DNA of 40,309 nt from assembly GCA_012798565.1 (NCBI GenBank), contig JAAZMX010000036.1:1-40309 (forward strand), given 5' to 3'. Both the position numbers and the translations under genes were made by a program. Shown here one piece after another: positions 17,310-24,714 of this stretch; the first letter of the stretch is position 1, and every line of letters starts with the position of its first letter. Source of the stretch: Candidatus Kuenenbacteria bacterium (GTDB lineage: Bacteria > Patescibacteriota > Patescibacteriia > UBA2196 > GWA2-42-15). Under the pieces are notes generated by a model. That model was not told the DNA's origin and ran no database searches. It worked only from the letters and a program-made list of their open reading frames with translations.

Positions 17310-17594
17310 TTACCCCCAAAAAGCTTCTAAGAAAGCCTTAATTGAACTCTCTAAATTATTTGTATCATGAGGGAAACCCAACGAACCATAAACCTTGTTC
17401 GGGGGATTAATCCCAGCCCATACTAAGGCTCTAATATAAGCCTTGTAAAAAGCTTCAAAAGCATCCCCATCCGAGGCAACCGCTCTCCTCCGCACAGTCG
17501 TTTGCCCCACCCGAAGATAAACCACTACCGAAATTGAAAAAAGCCTGCCAGATACTCCATGATGGATAGTGTACTTTATTATCTTGCCTTTCAT
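17310..17594 (-). CDS. Small protein (94 aa), possible stand-alone LeuA/CimA-type regulatory (LeuA_dimer-like) domain
   Basis: Strong SD AAGGAGGA (17599-17606). By-eye match of YTIHHGVSG..SISVVVYLRVG..AVASDGDAFEAFYKA to the LeuA C-terminal pattern Y.VVSG..A.ASVKL..G..AA.GNGPVDA.YQA. Confidence 0.55.
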   Translation of the reverse strand: MKGKIIKYTIHHGVSGRLFSISVVVYLRVGQTTVRRRAVASDGDAFEAFYKAYIRALVWAGINPPNKVYGSLGFPHDTNNLESSIKAFLEAFWG

Positions 17595-17612
17595 GGCATC
17601 CTCCTTTTCGTT

Positions 17613-17705
17613 AAACCCAAAAGACCTTCCACTACTGTGGAAGGCCCGGTTATTTATGTTAACTATTTTTCTTTTTATCTTAAGTTAAACAAAAACCTTC
17701 CACAG
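17613..17705 (-). promoter_or_regulatory. Three-arm attenuator (antiterminator/terminator), Ile unit
   Basis: In minus-strand order: arm1 ctgtggaagg (17705-17696), arm2 ccttccacag (17644-17635), arm3 gtggaagg (17632-17625), then tcttttgggttt (17624-17613). Arm2 pairs with either arm1 (10 bp) or arm3 (8 bp). Confidence 0.7.
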
Positions 17706-17760
17706 TTAACTGGGAAATAATAATCGCAATAATAATGCTGTTTCTGTGAAAGTTTTGCAT
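17680..17760 (-). CDS. Ile-rich leader peptide MQNFHRNSIIIAIIISQLTVEGFCLT
   Basis: 26 codons. Six ATT Ile codons within seven positions. The ATG lies 9 nt after the predicted -10. The ORF runs through arm1 and stops 14 nt beyond it. Confidence 0.6.
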   Translation of the reverse strand: MQNFHRNSIIIAIIISQLTVEGFCLT

Positions 17761-17769
17761 AATGAATAT

Positions 17770-17797
17770 ATTCTACTATACCTAGTTTTTTTGTCAA
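17770..17797 (-). promoter_or_regulatory. Sigma70-like promoter of the Ile unit
   Basis: TTGACA (17797-17792), 16 nt, TAGAAT (17775-17770). Shares the 14-mer ttttttgtcaaata (plus strand) with the promoter at 18.19 kb. Confidence 0.6.
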
Positions 17798-17799
17798 AT

Positions 17800-17831
17800 A
17801 AAAAAGGCGTCCAGATTTTCTTAGAACGCCT
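17800..17831 (-). terminator. Rho-independent terminator after the zinc-ribbon ORF
   Basis: Stem aggcgt / acgcct (17805-17810 / 17826-17831), followed on the minus strand by a T-run. Confidence 0.65.
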
Positions 17832-17839
17832 TTCACTCT

Positions 17840-18007
17840 TTACTTCTCCGCTGCCCCTAATGTGATTCTTGCTCCGGTATGGTGAGCAAATTCAGATCGC
17901 AAGTTGGTGCCACAAGCAGAGCATCGGCCCTTGTCATTAATCACAGTTTCTTTTTGACAGTTGGGGCACTGCACCTTCTTGCCATTCTCATCTCTTGGCT
18001 CTTGCAT
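17840..18007 (-). CDS. Small zinc-ribbon protein (55 aa)
   Basis: MQEPRDENGKKVQCPNCQ..x11..CSACG (CxxC-x11-CxxC). ATG at 18007 preceded by GAGGGA at a 7-nt spacing. The ORF-track TTG at 18043 lies in the terminator U-tract. Confidence 0.6.
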   Translation of the reverse strand: MQEPRDENGKKVQCPNCQKETVINDKGRCSACGTNLRSEFAHHTGARITLGAAEK

Positions 18008-18034
18008 TGAATTTTCCCTCACTTTTTTAGTTTT

Positions 18035-18111
18035 AAAAACCAAAAACCTAGCCCTTGTTCGGCTAGATTCGTTAATTTTCTTTTTATTTTAAATATCAAA
18101 ATCTAGCCGAA
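18035..18111 (-). promoter_or_regulatory. Three-arm attenuator (antiterminator/terminator), Leu unit
   Basis: In minus-strand order: arm1 ttcggctaga (18111-18102), arm2 tctagccgaa (18067-18058), arm3 ggctag (18053-18048), then gtttttggttttt (18047-18035). Same architecture as 17613-17705 but with different stem sequences. Confidence 0.7.
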
Positions 18112-18162
18112 TTGTCTTAATCCGAGCAACAACAAAGCTAAATTTTGGCTGTTTCTTATCAT
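18103..18162 (-). CDS. Leu-rich leader peptide MIRNSQNLALLLLGLRQFG
   Basis: 19 codons. Six Leu in eight positions. The ATG begins 6 nt after the predicted -10, so the mRNA is essentially leaderless. The last codons TTC GGC TAG form arm1. Confidence 0.6.
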   Translation of the reverse strand: MIRNSQNLALLLLGLRQFG

Positions 18163-18168
18163 AAAACT

Positions 18169-18197
18169 ATTTTATTCTCTCCCCTATTTTTTGTCAA
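18169..18197 (-). promoter_or_regulatory. Sigma70-like promoter of the Leu unit
   Basis: TTGACA (18197-18192), 17 nt, TAAAAT (18174-18169). Confidence 0.6.
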
Positions 18198-18262
18198 ATA
18201 CCACCTCGCTCTTTATGTTTAAATGTTTATATGCTTAAATGCTTTTATGCTAAAATGTTTAT

Positions 18263-19210
18263 ATGACTAAAAGCTTCTGGCACCAGATCAAAAAACCAAT
18301 CCTCGCTCTCGCTCCCATGGCCGGCTACACCGACTCGGCTTTTCGCCTGCTCTGCCGAGAATCTGGCGCCGATGTTGTCTATTCGGAAATGATCTCCGTC
18401 GATGGCCTCTGCCACACCAACCAAAAAACTTTGGACATGCTAAAATTTCGCCCCCAAGAAACTCCGATTGTCTTCCAACTTTTCGGCACTGATCCAAAAA
18501 AATTTGCCACAGCTACCACAATAATTAATAAAATAATTACTAGCTACAAGTTGCCAATTACTAGTTACTTTGGCATTGATCTCAATTTCGGCTGTCCCGC
18601 TCCCAAGGTCGCCAAAAACGGCGCCGGCGCCGCTCTCATGAATGAATTGGAAAAATCCCATCAAATCATCAAGGCCGTTTGCGACCACAGCCAATTCCCC
18701 GTTTCCCTCAAAATACGCGCCGGAGTCAAAAATGTCACTGCCTTTGATTTTATTAATAAGGTCAAAGACTTGCCTTGGACTGCAGTAATGGTTCACGGTC
18801 GCACCTTGAAGCAAGGCTTTGTCGGCGATATTGACTGTCAAATAATAAAAGAAATCAAAAAGCTCATACCAGATAAAATCGTTCTGGCCAATGGTGGTAT
18901 CAATAACCTAGTGACTACTCAAAAAATCCTCTCCAAAACAAATGCTGACGGCCTTGGCTTGGCTCGCGGCGTTATTGGCAGCCCCTGGCTATTCAAAGAA
19001 ATAAAACAAAATAAAAGCCTTACCATCTCTGCTACGGCTCGCCGTAAAGTAATACTCCGCCAGGCCGAATTATTTTTGGAAGATAACCCCAATCTTATTC
19101 CTTTGCGCAAACATCTTGTCCATTATTTCAAAGGACAAAAAAATGCCTCCGAAATGAGACAAAAAATTATCCAAGTCACCGCGTTTACTGAACTCAAAAA
19201 TATTCTGTAA
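18263..19210 (+). CDS. dus: tRNA-dihydrouridine synthase
   Basis: 315 aa. LAPMAGYTDSAFR, the FGCPAPKV catalytic Cys region and TIM-barrel flavoenzyme blocks. Confidence 0.9.
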   Translation: MTKSFWHQIKKPILALAPMAGYTDSAFRLLCRESGADVVYSEMISVDGLCHTNQKTLDMLKFRPQETPIVFQLFGTDPKKFATATTIINKIITSYKLPITSYFGIDLNFGCPAPKVAKNGAGAALMNELEKSHQIIKAVCDHSQFPVSLKIRAGVKNVTAFDFINKVKDLPWTAVMVHGRTLKQGFVGDIDCQIIKEIKKLIPDKIVLANGGINNLVTTQKILSKTNADGLGLARGVIGSPWLFKEIKQNKSLTISATARRKVILRQAELFLEDNPNLIPLRKHLVHYFKGQKNASEMRQKIIQVTAFTELKNIL

Positions 19211-19255
19211 TCCCTATTTTAACTTATTCAACTTTATTAACTTAATTAACTTCCC

Positions 19256-19828
19256 TTAATACGCCGGCGGTCGCCCGGCTTTTGTTTTATGGCGCAAAAA
19301 TATCAAACCCACCAAGGGCAAAACTGTCCACCAAAATCTGGCCCTCTCCCCCATAAACGCATTTAACGCCCAGGGTGAAAATTGAGTCAAAAATTTTACC
19401 GGCAGAAAAGATAATAAAACTCCTACTAATAGCCCCCCATGAAATATCCCATTGATAATTGCCGACCCCCAACGTGTCAAAAAATTATTCACATAAACCG
19501 CTCGAAATAAATGCGTTCGCGATAAAACTATAGCCACGGCCACCGCCACGGCCAAGAGAATAATCAACTGCGCCAGCCAAAAAGTCGTTCCAAAAACACC
19601 CCAAATCTCAAAGGGAAACTCCCCAACCACTGTCAAACCGGCATATAACGAAAATAAATTAATCAAAATATTGTGTGGATCCATCAAAAAACCATAAATC
19701 AAAATCAAAACTACAAAAACAATGGCAATCAAAATATTGCCCACGTAACTAGTGTTAGTCATCTGACCAGCCACCGCGCTCACACTCTCCGGCGCTTTGA
19801 CTGATAAGTCTAAAATAAATAACCACAT
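19256..19828 (-). CDS. Hypothetical polytopic membrane protein
   Basis: 190 aa with about five hydrophobic helices. Confidence 0.5.
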   Translation of the reverse strand: MWLFILDLSVKAPESVSAVAGQMTNTSYVGNILIAIVFVVLILIYGFLMDPHNILINLFSLYAGLTVVGEFPFEIWGVFGTTFWLAQLIILLAVAVAVAIVLSRTHLFRAVYVNNFLTRWGSAIINGIFHGGLLVGVLLSFLPVKFLTQFSPWALNAFMGERARFWWTVLPLVGLIFLRHKTKAGRPPAY

Positions 19829-19900
19829 ATATCTCTATTATAACACAACGACAATAAACAATGAACAATTAACAACTAACAATAAAAATTACGAGTCAGC

Positions 19901-19960
19901 GTTATTTCCCCTCCTCAGATGAGGAGGGGTGGCCCGCCGATTCGGCGGGGCAGGGTGGTG
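19901..19960. repeat. Intergenic twin GC-rich hairpin element (family archetype)
   Basis: cccctcctc-agat-gaggagggg (19908-19929), then cccgccg-att-cggcggg (19933-19949), then gcagggtggtggg. Confidence 0.7.
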
Positions 19961-20015
19961 GGACAGTGACGCCAGATAGATAAAAAGACGGGTATAAACC
20001 CGCCCCTAAATTTTA

Positions 20016-21140
20016 TTAATCTATTTCTTCCCTCAATTCTTCCATCAACTCCTTGGCTTTCCGACTCAAACCCTCCGGTGTTTTCACAATTATTTCCACT
20101 AACTGATCACCCCGTCCTCGGCCATGTAGTCTTTGCACTCCTTTATCTGACAATTTAAATACCTTGCCGCTCTGTGTTCCTGCTGGTATTTTCAAGCTTA
20201 CCCAGCCATCCAGTGTCTCTACTTCCACTTTATCACCCAACGAGGCCTGGGCAATATTAATCTCTTTTATGGTCAAAATATCGTCTCCCTCGCGTTTAAA
20301 TCCTTTCGCCGGTTGAACTCTAAAAGTAATATACAAATCGCCAGCCGGACTTCCTTTTTCGCCGGCCTCACCCTCGCCAGTTAATTTTATACTCTGGCCG
20401 TTATCAATGCCCGCTGGAATTTTTATCTTCAACTGCTTTTCTTTTATCACCCTGCCATCACCGCCACACGCCTTACATGGCCTATCAGGTTTTTTCCCCC
20501 CACCTTCGCATTCAGGGCAAAGCTGCTCGCTTTGATAAACGCCAAAAATCGTTCTTTGCTGCTTCATCACTCGTCCCTTGCCACCGCAGGTTTTACAGGT
20601 TTCCAATTTAGCCGTATCATCATATCCTTTCCCTTGACAATTTTCACAGGTGGTTTGTTTTTCCACGCTGATAACTTTTTCCGCGCCAAAAGCCGACTCT
20701 TTTAAACTGATCTCCATCGTATATTCCAAATCGCTACCCCTAGCTCTACTGCTACCACCTCTCCGCCCTTGTCCGCCTCTCCCACCGAAAAACTCTCCAA
20801 AAATATCGCCTAAATCAAATTCTTCGCCATTAAACGAAAAGCCACCAGTGTTAAAACCGCCAGTGCCCCCAGCCTGTCTGGCAAAATCCTGCCAATTGAA
20901 ACCGCCGCCGTAACTCTGCCCGCCAGCACTATTAAAAGTCTGCCCAAACTGGTCGTACTGTTTGCGTTTGTCTGGGTTATTCAGAACTTGATAAGCTTCG
21001 TTTATTTCCTTGAACTTGGCCTCATTACCGCTCGCTTTATCCGGATGATGTTCGTGCGCCAGCTTGCGAAAAGCTTTCTTTATCTCTTCCTGTGTAGCTG
21101 ATCTAGATACACCAAGGATATCATAATAATCTTTCGCCAT
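20016..21140 (-). CDS. dnaJ: Molecular chaperone DnaJ
   Basis: 374 aa. J domain with HPD, a G/F-rich region and four CxxCxGxG zinc motifs. Confidence 0.95.
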   Translation of the reverse strand: MAKDYYDILGVSRSATQEEIKKAFRKLAHEHHPDKASGNEAKFKEINEAYQVLNNPDKRKQYDQFGQTFNSAGGQSYGGGFNWQDFARQAGGTGGFNTGGFSFNGEEFDLGDIFGEFFGGRGGQGRRGGSSRARGSDLEYTMEISLKESAFGAEKVISVEKQTTCENCQGKGYDDTAKLETCKTCGGKGRVMKQQRTIFGVYQSEQLCPECEGGGKKPDRPCKACGGDGRVIKEKQLKIKIPAGIDNGQSIKLTGEGEAGEKGSPAGDLYITFRVQPAKGFKREGDDILTIKEINIAQASLGDKVEVETLDGWVSLKIPAGTQSGKVFKLSDKGVQRLHGRGRGDQLVEIIVKTPEGLSRKAKELMEELREEID

Positions 21141-21214
21141 GTAAAAACCATTTTCTAATTTTAAAAATTAAAAATTAGAATTTATTTAAAAATTACAAAA
21201 TTAAAAACTTAAAA

Positions 21215-21508
21215 TTATCCCTTAAACCCCATCTCTGCCGGCTCCTCTGCTATCTGCACTTTGCCAAAACCGCTCTCGTACTTCGCCATATTGTCCTGCA
21301 AAGCCGCGATCACTCTTTTCATGTGTCCCGGCGACATGATCACCCGACTGCCCACAATCCCGACTCCTTGTACTGGCGATAGATTCATAAAGTCCAGTAT
21401 AAACTCCTCTTTGGAGTGCATCACCTGCATGGCGTTGGCATAAAACCCTTTCAAAATCTCATCGGAGACTTTGATCTGGAGTTGCTTTTGCTGTTGATTG
21501 TTTTCCAT
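21215..21508 (-). CDS. DUF3467-like protein
   Basis: 97 aa. YAN.MQVMHSKEEFILDF...SRVIMSPGHMKR pattern recalled for DUF3467. Sits between dnaK and dnaJ. Confidence 0.55.
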   Translation of the reverse strand: MENNQQQKQLQIKVSDEILKGFYANAMQVMHSKEEFILDFMNLSPVQGVGIVGSRVIMSPGHMKRVIAALQDNMAKYESGFGKVQIAEEPAEMGFKG

Positions 21509-21591
21509 GTGTTTAATTAGTTAATAATAAACAAAAATATAATTTCTAGCGGGTTTTATTCACGCTCCAACGCCTTGAATTCTTTTACAAG

Positions 21592-23511
21592 TTACGAGTT
21601 ACTATCCTTCTTCACTTCCTCATACTGTGCCTCTTCCGCCTTTTTCTCCTCGCCAGCTGGTTGTTCCTCAGCCGATTGCTTGTCCGCCGTAGCCTCAGCA
21701 GGAGCTGATTGTTGGGCTTTATACATTGCCTCCCCGATCTTCTGTGCCGCCGTCGACAATTCTTCGGTCGCTTTTTTTATCGCTTCCATATCTTCACCGT
21801 CTTTGACTTTTTTCAAAGCTTCCAGTTTTTCTTCCACGTTTTTCTTTGTTTCGGCGTCCACTTTATCCCCTGCATCTTTCAGAGCCTTTTCCGTTGTATA
21901 ACTCAAAGTTTCCGCCATATTTTTGGTCTCAATCTGCTCTTTTTTCTTCTTATCATCTTCGGCGTGCGCTTCAGCTTCTTTCTTCATGCGTTCCACTTCA
22001 TCCTTAGACAAGCCAGTTGAAGCGGTAATAGTAATATGCTGTTCCTTGCCTGTGGCTCTATCTTTTGCTTTGACATTCAAAATGCCATTGGCATCAATAT
22101 CAAAAGTCACTTCAATCTGCGGAATGCCTCTTGGTGCTGGCGGAATACCGTCCAAAATAAATCTACCCAAAGTTTTATTATCCGCCGCCATCGGCCGCTC
22201 GCCTTGCAGGACATGGATTTCTACCGATGGCTGATTATCAGCTGCGGTGGAAAATACTTGCGACTTGGAAGTCGGAATTGTCGTATTTCTCTCAATCAAA
22301 GGCGTCGCTACGCTGCCCAAAGTTTCAATCCCCAGCGTCAATGGCGTCACATCCAAAAGCAACACATCTTTTACATCGCCTTGCAGTACTCCTGCTTGCA
22401 CTGCCGCGCCAGCCGCCACTACTTCGTCCGGATTCACGCTCATATTTGGTTTTTTACCAAAAAATTTCTCCACTGTCTGCTGTACTAAGGGCATTCTAGT
22501 CATACCGCCAACCAAAACCACTTCTTCGATATCACTCGCTTTAAAACCAGCATCAGCCAAAGCTTTTTTGGTTGGTTCTAGGGTTTTTTCTACTAAATCT
22601 CCCACCAATTCCTCTAGCTTGGCCCGGCTCATTTTAATCAACATATGTTTTGGGCCATCAGCACCCGAGGTAATAAACGGCTGGTTAATTTCTGTTTCCT
22701 GGGCTGTGGATAATTCAATCTTCGCCTTTTCCGCCGCTTCTTTGACTCTCTGCAAAGCCATCGGGTCTTTTGATAAATCAATACCTTCTTGTTTTTTAAA
22801 TTCCTCCAAAATCCAACCCATTATTCTTTGATCAAAATCATCACCGCCCAAATGCGTGTCGCCGTTGGTTGATTTGACTTCCACGGTATCGGCCGCCACA
22901 TCCAAAACGGAAATATCAAAAGTTCCGCCACCCAAATCATAAACCGCGATCTGCTGGCCTTGTTTTTTTTCAAAACCATAAGCCAAAGCCGCCGCGGTCG
23001 GCTCGTTGATAATTCTTTTCACCGTCAAACCGGCAATTTCGCCCGCTTCCTTGGTTGCTTGTCTTTGTGCGTCATCAAAATAAGCCGGTACGGTAATTAC
23101 CGCTTCAGTTATTTTTTCGCCCAACTTTTCTTCAGCATCCGCTTTGAGCTTCCCCAAAACCATGGCCGAAATTTCTTGCGGCGTATAGTCTTTACCAGAC
23201 ATTTCTACTTTTACGCCTGCGCCAGATTGTTTGATTTTAAAAGGTGTTGATTTCAAATCTCTCTGCACCTCTTCATCTTCAAAACGACGGCCAATTAAAC
23301 GCTTGATAGAAAACAAGGTATTCGTCGGGTTAGTTACCGCCTGGCGCTTAGCCAAAAGACCGACCAGTCTTTCCCCGGTCTTATTAATCGCCACAATCGA
23401 CGGCGTGGTACGATTGCCTTCTTTATTTTCCAAAATTTTTGGGGCTCCGCCTTCCATGATCGCCATGCAAGAATTAGTTGTCCCAAGATCAATACCTAAT
23501 ATTTTTGCCAT
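21592..23511 (-). CDS. dnaK: Molecular chaperone DnaK (Hsp70)
   Basis: 639 aa. [17 protein letters not shown] and [10 protein letters not shown] signatures. Confidence 0.97.
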   Translation of the reverse strand: MAKILGIDLGTTNSCMAIMEGGAPKILENKEGNRTTPSIVAINKTGERLVGLLAKRQAVTNPTNTLFSIKRLIGRRFEDEEVQRDLKSTPFKIKQSGAGVKVEMSGKDYTPQEISAMVLGKLKADAEEKLGEKITEAVITVPAYFDDAQRQATKEAGEIAGLTVKRIINEPTAAALAYGFEKKQGQQIAVYDLGGGTFDISVLDVAADTVEVKSTNGDTHLGGDDFDQRIMGWILEEFKKQEGIDLSKDPMALQRVKEAAEKAKIELSTAQETEINQPFITSGADGPKHMLIKMSRAKLEELVGDLVEKTLEPTKKALADAGFKASDIEEVVLVGGMTRMPLVQQTVEKFFGKKPNMSVNPDEVVAAGAAVQAGVLQGDVKDVLLLDVTPLTLGIETLGSVATPLIERNTTIPTSKSQVFSTAADNQPSVEIHVLQGERPMAADNKTLGRFILDGIPPAPRGIPQIEVTFDIDANGILNVKAKDRATGKEQHITITASTGLSKDEVERMKKEAEAHAEDDKKKKEQIETKNMAETLSYTTEKALKDAGDKVDAETKKNVEEKLEALKKVKDGEDMEAIKKATEELSTAAQKIGEAMYKAQQSAPAEATADKQSAEEQPAGEEKKAEEAQYEEVKKDSNS

Positions 23512-23525
23512 ATATTTTTTATAAA

Positions 23526-23698
23526 GTTTATCCCAAGCGAGGAGCTACTGCGACGAATCGAAAGATTCCATCAGCCTATCACTTCGCTCTGAATAATTAA
23601 TAATAAATAAATTTATAAAATCCCCAAGGGATCCCGCAAAAATTAATCTCTTAACTCTCACGGGATCCCTCCCCGATATTAATCGGGGTCGGGATAAA
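23526..23698. repeat. Composite GC-rich hairpin element between hsp20 and dnaK
   Basis: Terminal inverted tttatccc (23527) / gggataaa (23691). Internal stems gggatcccg / cgggatccc (23628-23636 / 23661-23669) and ccccgat-atta-atcgggg (23671-23688). Confidence 0.6.
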
Positions 23699-23710
23699 TT
23701 TCAACCAACG

Positions 23711-24127
23711 TTACTTCTTCACCTCTACCTTTACCTTTTTCGGCTTGGCTCTTTCCTCTTTTGGCACGGTAATTTTCAAAATACCTTTCTCGTATTCTGC
23801 TTTGGCTTCGTCGCTTTTCACACTTGACGGCAGAGCCACTGCCCGGTGAAACGATCCAGAGCGTACCTCTTTACGATAATAATTCTTTTCCTCGACTTCA
23901 GTCTTCTTTTCGCTGGCGCCTTCAATCGTCAGTACGTCATTTTCAATCGAAATATTGACCTGCTCTGGATTAACGCCGGGAAGTGGTGTTTCTACATAAA
24001 CACTGTTCTCGTCCTCCCAGACATCAACCGCAGGCGCGAAACTGGCCATGCTGCCAGTCGGCCAATCTAGCCAACGCTCCATCTCGTTAAACGGATCAAG
24101 CATCGGCGTCCATTTTATAATTGACAT
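23711..24127 (-). CDS. Hsp20/alpha-crystallin small heat-shock protein
   Basis: Alpha-crystallin domain (PAVDVWEDENSVYVE..PGV...I....L.I.G, AEYEKGILKITVPK). The ATG at 24127 has an AGAGGA SD. The ORF-track TTG at 24163 is less likely. Confidence 0.85.
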   Translation of the reverse strand: MSIIKWTPMLDPFNEMERWLDWPTGSMASFAPAVDVWEDENSVYVETPLPGVNPEQVNISIENDVLTIEGASEKKTEVEEKNYYRKEVRSGSFHRAVALPSSVKSDEAKAEYEKGILKITVPKEERAKPKKVKVEVKK

Positions 24128-24188
24128 AATATCCTCTGTTTTTGCTCTTGACGCTCTGGTCAAAATAGCAAATTAATAATAATCAAAT

Positions 24189-24698
24189 TTATTCTACCGT
24201 CACTCGAGCCGGATATAGCACCTTGCCATATAATTTATAACCGCCACGCAATTCCTCTTTAATTTTACCCTTATGCTCTTCGTTTTTCGCGTTTTCCGCT
24301 GCGACAGCTTCATGCTCTTCTGGATTAAAATCTTCCCCCACTGTTTTTATCTCTTCTACTCCATTTTCGGCCAAAAATTTACCAAATTGATTTTTAATAT
24401 TTTCTACTCCTACTATCCAACTTTCTTTCTTTTTTTCTTCAGGCACGTGTTTCATCGCCAGCTTCAAATGATCATAAATCGGCAATAATTCTGTCAAAAG
24501 TCCCTGATTGGCAAATTTTATCCATTCTGCCTTTTCTCTTTCTGTGGTCTTCTGTAAGTTTAAATAATCGGCCTGCGCTCTTTTCCATCCAGCCAGATAC
24601 TCTGCGCACTTGCTCTCTGTTTTATTCTGTTCTTGTTCTCCAGTTATTTGCTCTTCAGCTTGTGTCTCATCCAACTGTTCGTCTTTTTTTGTCAACAT
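24189..24698 (-). CDS. grpE: Nucleotide exchange factor GrpE
   Basis: 169 aa. A coiled-coil N-terminal half and a C-terminal GYKLYGKVLYPARV motif. Confidence 0.9.
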   Translation of the reverse strand: MLTKKDEQLDETQAEEQITGEQEQNKTESKCAEYLAGWKRAQADYLNLQKTTEREKAEWIKFANQGLLTELLPIYDHLKLAMKHVPEEKKKESWIVGVENIKNQFGKFLAENGVEEIKTVGEDFNPEEHEAVAAENAKNEEHKGKIKEELRGGYKLYGKVLYPARVTVE

Positions 24699-24714
24699 AT
24701 TTTTTCTTTTTTTC

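Noticed and set aside
21575-23524. Several plus-strand ORFs of 90-194 aa antisense to dnaK
   Set aside because: They are low-complexity shadow frames of a highly conserved gene, with no start context or recognisable motifs.
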